DNA of 28,105 nt, taken from the IMG/VR virus record IMGVR_UViG_3300005805_000360, positions 1 to 28,105 of that record; one strand, 5' to 3'. The notes below the pieces were generated by a model that was not told the origin of the DNA, made no database searches, and saw nothing but the letters and a program-made list of their open reading frames with translations. The translations under genes and the position numbers were made by a program. The stretch is from a virus (taxonomy: Duplodnaviria > Caudoviricetes). The stretch's first letter is position 1; each line of letters begins with the position of its first letter. Below are positions 23,898 through 28,105 of this stretch, one piece after another.

Positions 23898-24144
23898 TCA
23901 CTCGCTCCATATGCGATACACTGTCAATACGGAAAGAACGCCAGCCGGCAGCAACAATATCAAAGACAGCCAAAACATTAGGATTATCCTTCGTTGTAGT
24001 TTCAGAATCGTTCATCAGAGGAGGTAGATACTTATCTTGCAAGGAGCATCGCATAAGGCGTTGCGTACCATCCTTCTTAAGAAACGACACTTCGATCACA
24101 CCATTCTTTGCAGCTTCGCGAAGTTCTTCTTTAGTATATAGCAT
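23890..24144 (-). CDS. SH3/WYL-like beta-barrel protein (DUF2693-like)
   Basis: VSFLKKDGTQRLMRCSL and VFDIVAAGWRSFRIDS. Confidence 0.75.
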   Translation of the reverse strand: MLYTKEELREAAKNGVIEVSFLKKDGTQRLMRCSLQDKYLPPLMNDSETTTKDNPNVLAVFDIVAAGWRSFRIDSVSHMERVND

Positions 24145-24536
24145 TACAATTTCCTTCCGAGATGTTTGGCATCAGTGCCGTCAGTGATATATTGATATGC
24201 GCCCTTTGAATACGCCGGTGCGGTGCGCGCAGCCTTATCTTGCATAGCCTGTACAGTAGCAGCAGACTCAGCTGATTCACGTTTCCATTTATGATCATTG
24301 AGCTTATCGCGCTTTGCAGCTATTCCGCCAGGAATAGTGTTAGTCATGGGCGCAGCATTAGATTCTACTGCAAGGCTATATGAGAACTTCTTATTGGATT
24401 GAGTAGGCTTGACGTAGCCCACTTTCTTGAGTAACTCTTCAGTCATACGCCTAGACTCAATCATAGCCTGTGTTGGCTTGCTAGTCTTACGCTTACGTGT
24501 ATTCGTAGTGGTAAAGTAGATTGGAAGTATCGGCAT
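24144..24536 (-). CDS. Hypothetical basic protein
   Basis: MPILPIYFTT start and APAYSKGAYQYI C-terminus. Confidence 0.75.
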   Translation of the reverse strand: MPILPIYFTTTNTRKRKTSKPTQAMIESRRMTEELLKKVGYVKPTQSNKKFSYSLAVESNAAPMTNTIPGGIAAKRDKLNDHKWKRESAESAATVQAMQDKAARTAPAYSKGAYQYITDGTDAKHLGRKL

Positions 24537-24560
24537 AACTGACCCCTCATCACATTATTC

Positions 24561-24589
24561 ATTATATGCTAGAATAGGTTGATTGTCAA
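24561..24589 (-). promoter_or_regulatory. Perfect-consensus sigma70 promoter
   Basis: TTGACA(24589-24584)-17 nt-TATAAT(24566-24561); the -35 box contains the upstream TGA stop. Confidence 0.85.
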
Positions 24590-25281
24590 GACCTATTTAT
24601 CCACTCGTGCATATCGTCACGAATAAGCCCAGCTTGAGAAGATGGTAGCCCTTTAAATGGTAAATTCATATCCCAATATTCTGGCTGTATTTTGTGTTTG
24701 CGTAGATTGCTTTGGAGTAAATGCTCACCTAGCATCCAACGCTTTTCGCTGAAATAATACTCGTCGATGTGTATGTATGTTGAAGAATATTTATCCATCA
24801 TATCAGAACTGGAAAACGCAAACTGATCGCATGCTGCATTAAGGCCCTTCTCCCTCTGAGGCGCATATAGTTTCTTATTGTCTAATCTTTTGAACGGAAT
24901 AACAACATTAAGGGCATAATCAAATCTAGTTCTAATTGCCCAATCGTATCTAAAATCAAAGTCTCGTTCATAGGCACATTTCAACATATTGGATTCATAT
25001 ATCGAATAAAATCCAGACAAAGTATTGCGAGGTGGCCACAACTTATGTCCTATCGGATCAAAATATTTACCATAGGTTTTATCATCTTCTGCAGTAAACT
25101 TAGGATATTCAAATTTATGTGCTATTGGTTTATATAGATCAACTATCTTCTTGTTGTGTTTGCTATTCCACGAATGCAAAAACACGTCCACTTGATAGTA
25201 GTCAAATAAGTTCATCTCATAGAACTTATATGCTGCTTCAAATGAACGTGCTTGCCCAGACAAACATAACGCTATCTTCAT
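24586..25281 (-). CDS. Putative glycosyltransferase (MKIALCLSGQxR family), paralog 2
   Basis: MKIALCLSGQARS, DVFLHSW, YDWAIRTRFD, CDQFAFSS, GEHLL; start at ATG 25281. Confidence 0.7.
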   Translation of the reverse strand: MKIALCLSGQARSFEAAYKFYEMNLFDYYQVDVFLHSWNSKHNKKIVDLYKPIAHKFEYPKFTAEDDKTYGKYFDPIGHKLWPPRNTLSGFYSIYESNMLKCAYERDFDFRYDWAIRTRFDYALNVVIPFKRLDNKKLYAPQREKGLNAACDQFAFSSSDMMDKYSSTYIHIDEYYFSEKRWMLGEHLLQSNLRKHKIQPEYWDMNLPFKGLPSSQAGLIRDDMHEWINRS

Positions 25282-26072
25282 TTTTTTTCTTTTGTGTTCC
25301 AAAATTCTAAATCATGATTTAGCCAATATGTTCTGGTGCTCCAATCATGACGTATGAGACTATAGACCCATCTTCTTCCATCAGATTCTGGATGGCCGAT
25401 AAACGGATCTTGCATATCAACGTATCGTACCTTTTCATTTTCTCGTTCAGGATATCCGTGATGATTTCTGAGACCAGTCTCGACTAGGGTGGTAGAAACT
25501 AAATGTTCTCCGTAGAATTTGTATCCCGGTATCTTAGAATATTTTTCTATGTGTTCATAAACAGACATATACTTGTTCATGTTTTCACTAGACCCAAAAG
25601 CAAATAGATCACAAAAACCGCAATCGTAAGTATTATCTGCTTTTATATATTTTCTTTTTGGTAAGTATACGAATGTGTTGTCTAGATTATTAAAATCAAA
25701 GTGTGTGTTTAAGGCATAATCAAATCTACCCCTAATCACCCAGTCATATCTAAAATCAAAATCTCGTTCGTAAACATTTTTTAAATTTCTTGATTGTAGT
25801 ATAGAATAAAATTGAGCCAAAGAATATCTAGGTAAACTAGTTACATGATTACAGTTCTTTTCATATATCTTATCATGCTCAGGAGAAAATTTGTAATCTT
25901 CAAATGTTCGCATAACAGGACCATACAATCCTATTATGTCTTTGTTGAGATGAGAATTCCAAGAATGAACGAATACATCAACTTCATAATGATCTAGAAG
26001 ATTCTTCTTCCAATAAGAATATCCTTCTTCAAGTTCGCGAGGTTGTCCGGAAAGGCAAAGGGCTATCTTCAT
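25278..26072 (-). CDS. Putative glycosyltransferase (MKIALCLSGQxR family), paralog 1
   Basis: MKIALCLSGQPRE, DVFVHSW, YDWVIRGRFD, CDLFAFGSS, GEHLV. Confidence 0.7.
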   Translation of the reverse strand: MKIALCLSGQPRELEEGYSYWKKNLLDHYEVDVFVHSWNSHLNKDIIGLYGPVMRTFEDYKFSPEHDKIYEKNCNHVTSLPRYSLAQFYSILQSRNLKNVYERDFDFRYDWVIRGRFDYALNTHFDFNNLDNTFVYLPKRKYIKADNTYDCGFCDLFAFGSSENMNKYMSVYEHIEKYSKIPGYKFYGEHLVSTTLVETGLRNHHGYPERENEKVRYVDMQDPFIGHPESDGRRWVYSLIRHDWSTRTYWLNHDLEFWNTKEKK

Positions 26073-26960
26073 CTAATAATCGATTTTTGCATTCTTGGTG
26101 AATTCAATTGCTTTTTCTCGAGTGTCTATTATTCCTAAATCGTCGCTAAACCAACACGCAGCACGACATTGCATTTCTATAGGTAACCAGACTTGCATTT
26201 GAGCAGTTATCCCGTCCCCTCCGCCATACTCTAGAGCTTTACTGTGTCGATATTCTTCGATCTGTTCTGAAGAATAGTTAGAATAGAGCATGAGATTGCG
26301 AACCACCCTATCCCACAAACACTTATAGCATTTCTCGCAACTCTCATAGTTTTTTGTAGGCATCGTACAAGATAAAGCCATTTGTGCGTATTGCTCGGGT
26401 AGATATTTAAATACATGCCATCGAGTGAAGTTCTGATGATATTCGTGAGTCAATAGTGGCGTAAACAATGTCACATTAGGAGCGCGATCAGTGATCCATT
26501 TCTTAAGATAATTGACCTTATCTATTCCCTGTTCAGATGAAAGATTATCTTTGTTATTATGAAATTTCTTCTGCATTTGCTCCCATGTTATTCCGGAAAC
26601 AATCATATCGAAATTGTCTTTATTAGCCACAGCATAGTATGCAATATAATTCCATGGTCCTTTTGATACCACTTTTCTTTTTTTATAAACCGAAAGGATA
26701 TCTGCGTCAAAATCGGACGCAGATATTACATGTATATTGTATGTGAAATTGCGGATCTTTTGTAATTCTTCAACAAGTAGATCTACATTAGAAAGATTGG
26801 TTTCTAACGGAGCAAAATAAACCCCTATATCTTTCATGTGATCATGATCTTTGTTTCTTACTAGAATCGTTGCTGTTACTTCGTGATCAGTTTCAGTCAG
26901 TAATTTGTATAGGATATAAGTAGAATCATATCCACCAGTAAAAAATAAACAAACTCTCAT
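26073..26960 (-). CDS. QueC-like PP-loop ATPase with a Cys cluster
   Basis: N-terminal FTGGYDST (variant of SGGxDS), TPLL, and SC-x9-CEKCYKC. Confidence 0.65.
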   Translation of the reverse strand: MRVCLFFTGGYDSTYILYKLLTETDHEVTATILVRNKDHDHMKDIGVYFAPLETNLSNVDLLVEELQKIRNFTYNIHVISASDFDADILSVYKKRKVVSKGPWNYIAYYAVANKDNFDMIVSGITWEQMQKKFHNNKDNLSSEQGIDKVNYLKKWITDRAPNVTLFTPLLTHEYHQNFTRWHVFKYLPEQYAQMALSCTMPTKNYESCEKCYKCLWDRVVRNLMLYSNYSSEQIEEYRHSKALEYGGGDGITAQMQVWLPIEMQCRAACWFSDDLGIIDTREKAIEFTKNAKIDY

Positions 26961-26961
26961 C

Positions 26962-27555
26962 TTAACTCATTTCTACCCAACCGGTCATGATATACTTAGT
27001 GTTGCTGATCGGAGGATTGCCGCGATGGGTGTGAGTGTATCCGGCTGGCCACAAGATCAATCGTCCCTCTTTAGACTTAACGCGGCGAGAATAGTATAGG
27101 AATTCAGATTCTCCGCCTTCATCAACATCGTTGAGATAGAGAATAAATGTCATCATTCTACGCATGTTAGTCGGACTATCATCTTCGCAATGCCATTGAT
27201 GATATCCACCACCAATTTCAGTTTTCTGTAGTTTAAGCAAACGAATTGTATGATGACTTAACGTCGTTAGGATACTGAATTTATCAGAGTAGATTGGATA
27301 TATTATATCCCAGAATTTTCTATTGAATAGATGACAAGGCTCCATATCAGAAACGTCCATCTCGGTGCGCGAAAGTATCGATGACCAATACAACTGATCA
27401 TCAGATTTTTCGTGCTTCTTGTTTCCTTGTGTTTGTCTATTAACAGTAAATCCATTTTTCTCAAATCTATTAAAGCAATCAATAGTCCTGCGACATTCTT
27501 CCGAAGAGAAAAAATTGTCATAGGTCATTACGAAATCGTCTATTGTATAACTCAT
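26962..27555 (-). CDS. 2OG-Fe(II) oxygenase (prolyl-4-hydroxylase-like, phage type)
   Basis: GGGYHQWHCE, YLNDVDEGGESEF, WPAGYTHTHRGNPP, KYIMTGW. Confidence 0.9.
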   Translation of the reverse strand: MSYTIDDFVMTYDNFFSSEECRRTIDCFNRFEKNGFTVNRQTQGNKKHEKSDDQLYWSSILSRTEMDVSDMEPCHLFNRKFWDIIYPIYSDKFSILTTLSHHTIRLLKLQKTEIGGGYHQWHCEDDSPTNMRRMMTFILYLNDVDEGGESEFLYYSRRVKSKEGRLILWPAGYTHTHRGNPPISNTKYIMTGWVEMS

Positions 27556-28025
27556 GATGCTAATAGCTCCTTCATTCTGTCAGCTGCATAACTTGCAGCA
27601 AATGCTTTGGGTTTAATCATAGGAGTAACATTGCATGTTCCGCGAATGTAGCCAACCGCTTGCTGAACAACACAAGAACTTCCGTGAACTATATTTGGAT
27701 TGATATCTAGATGTACTTCTGCGTGACGATCGCCGATAGATTCTGCGAGATCCATATAAAGCTGTGCAGCCTTATACACTTCGTTCATTAGCCTATATGC
27801 TGGGCGATCTTTACGCTGATCGTAATCGCGCTCTCTGGATACGGATCCAAAAACTTTGCATCCACGAGACCCGTCATAGTGTACCACGACGGCGAGAGTG
27901 TAGTCTGCATACCAAAGTTCATCTTTACCTCTATATCGTTCAGAATCTGCACCAATGTAAATACAAGTTGTTTCAGAGCAATTCATAATAAACTCGCGCA
28001 CTTCATCAAGATCCATATTGTTCAT
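27552..28025 (-). CDS. RNase H-like YkuK (DUF458) family protein
   Basis: IYIGADS, RLMNEV, EVHLDIN, IKPKAFAASYAAD. Confidence 0.8.
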   Translation of the reverse strand: MNNMDLDEVREFIMNCSETTCIYIGADSERYRGKDELWYADYTLAVVVHYDGSRGCKVFGSVSRERDYDQRKDRPAYRLMNEVYKAAQLYMDLAESIGDRHAEVHLDINPNIVHGSSCVVQQAVGYIRGTCNVTPMIKPKAFAASYAADRMKELLAS

Positions 28026-28030
28026 AACTT

Positions 28031-28038
28031 TATTTATG
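28031..28038 (-). promoter_or_regulatory. Possible T4-type late promoter
   Basis: CATAAATA is a 7/8 match to TATAAATA, a few nt upstream of the ATG; gp33 is present in the window. Confidence 0.35.
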
Positions 28039-28105
28039 GGAGATATATTTTGTGTTAAATTTTCAAATCAAATGATAGTCAATAATAATGATACTACTAT
28101 AAAAA

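Noticed and set aside
26073-26960. Complete 7-deazaguanine DNA modification system
   Set aside because: Only a divergent QueC-like gene is present; no dpdA, folE, queD or queE is visible here.

Overview
The window is a segment of a large T4-like (myovirus-type) phage genome with almost all genes on the minus strand. It holds core replication and transcription genes (gp32, gp59, gp33, RNase H), nucleotide and auxiliary genes (thyX, phoH, PD-(D/E)XK exonuclease, MazG-like, DUF5664-type dNTP pyrophosphohydrolase, kdsA, cupin, DenV-like glycosylase), a run of small early genes, and at least 11 TTGACA-N17-TAnnnT-type promoters. Two RNA genes are present: a tRNA-Gln(UUG) and a circularly permuted two-piece tmRNA of alphaproteobacterial type (tag ANDNVASQVRLAA), which suggests an alphaproteobacterial host. 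The most striking element is a four-gene operon (14414-18553) encoding a TET/JBP-family dioxygenase, a nucleotidyltransferase-kinase fusion, a HAD phosphatase and a TET-associated-type glycosyltransferase. This is a candidate DNA hypermodification system that would make its own unusual nucleotide-sugar donor. An AT-rich island with duplicated putative glycosyltransferases and a QueC-like protein, next to a 2OG-Fe(II) oxygenase, lies near the right end. All family calls come from motif recognition by eye; no searches were run.
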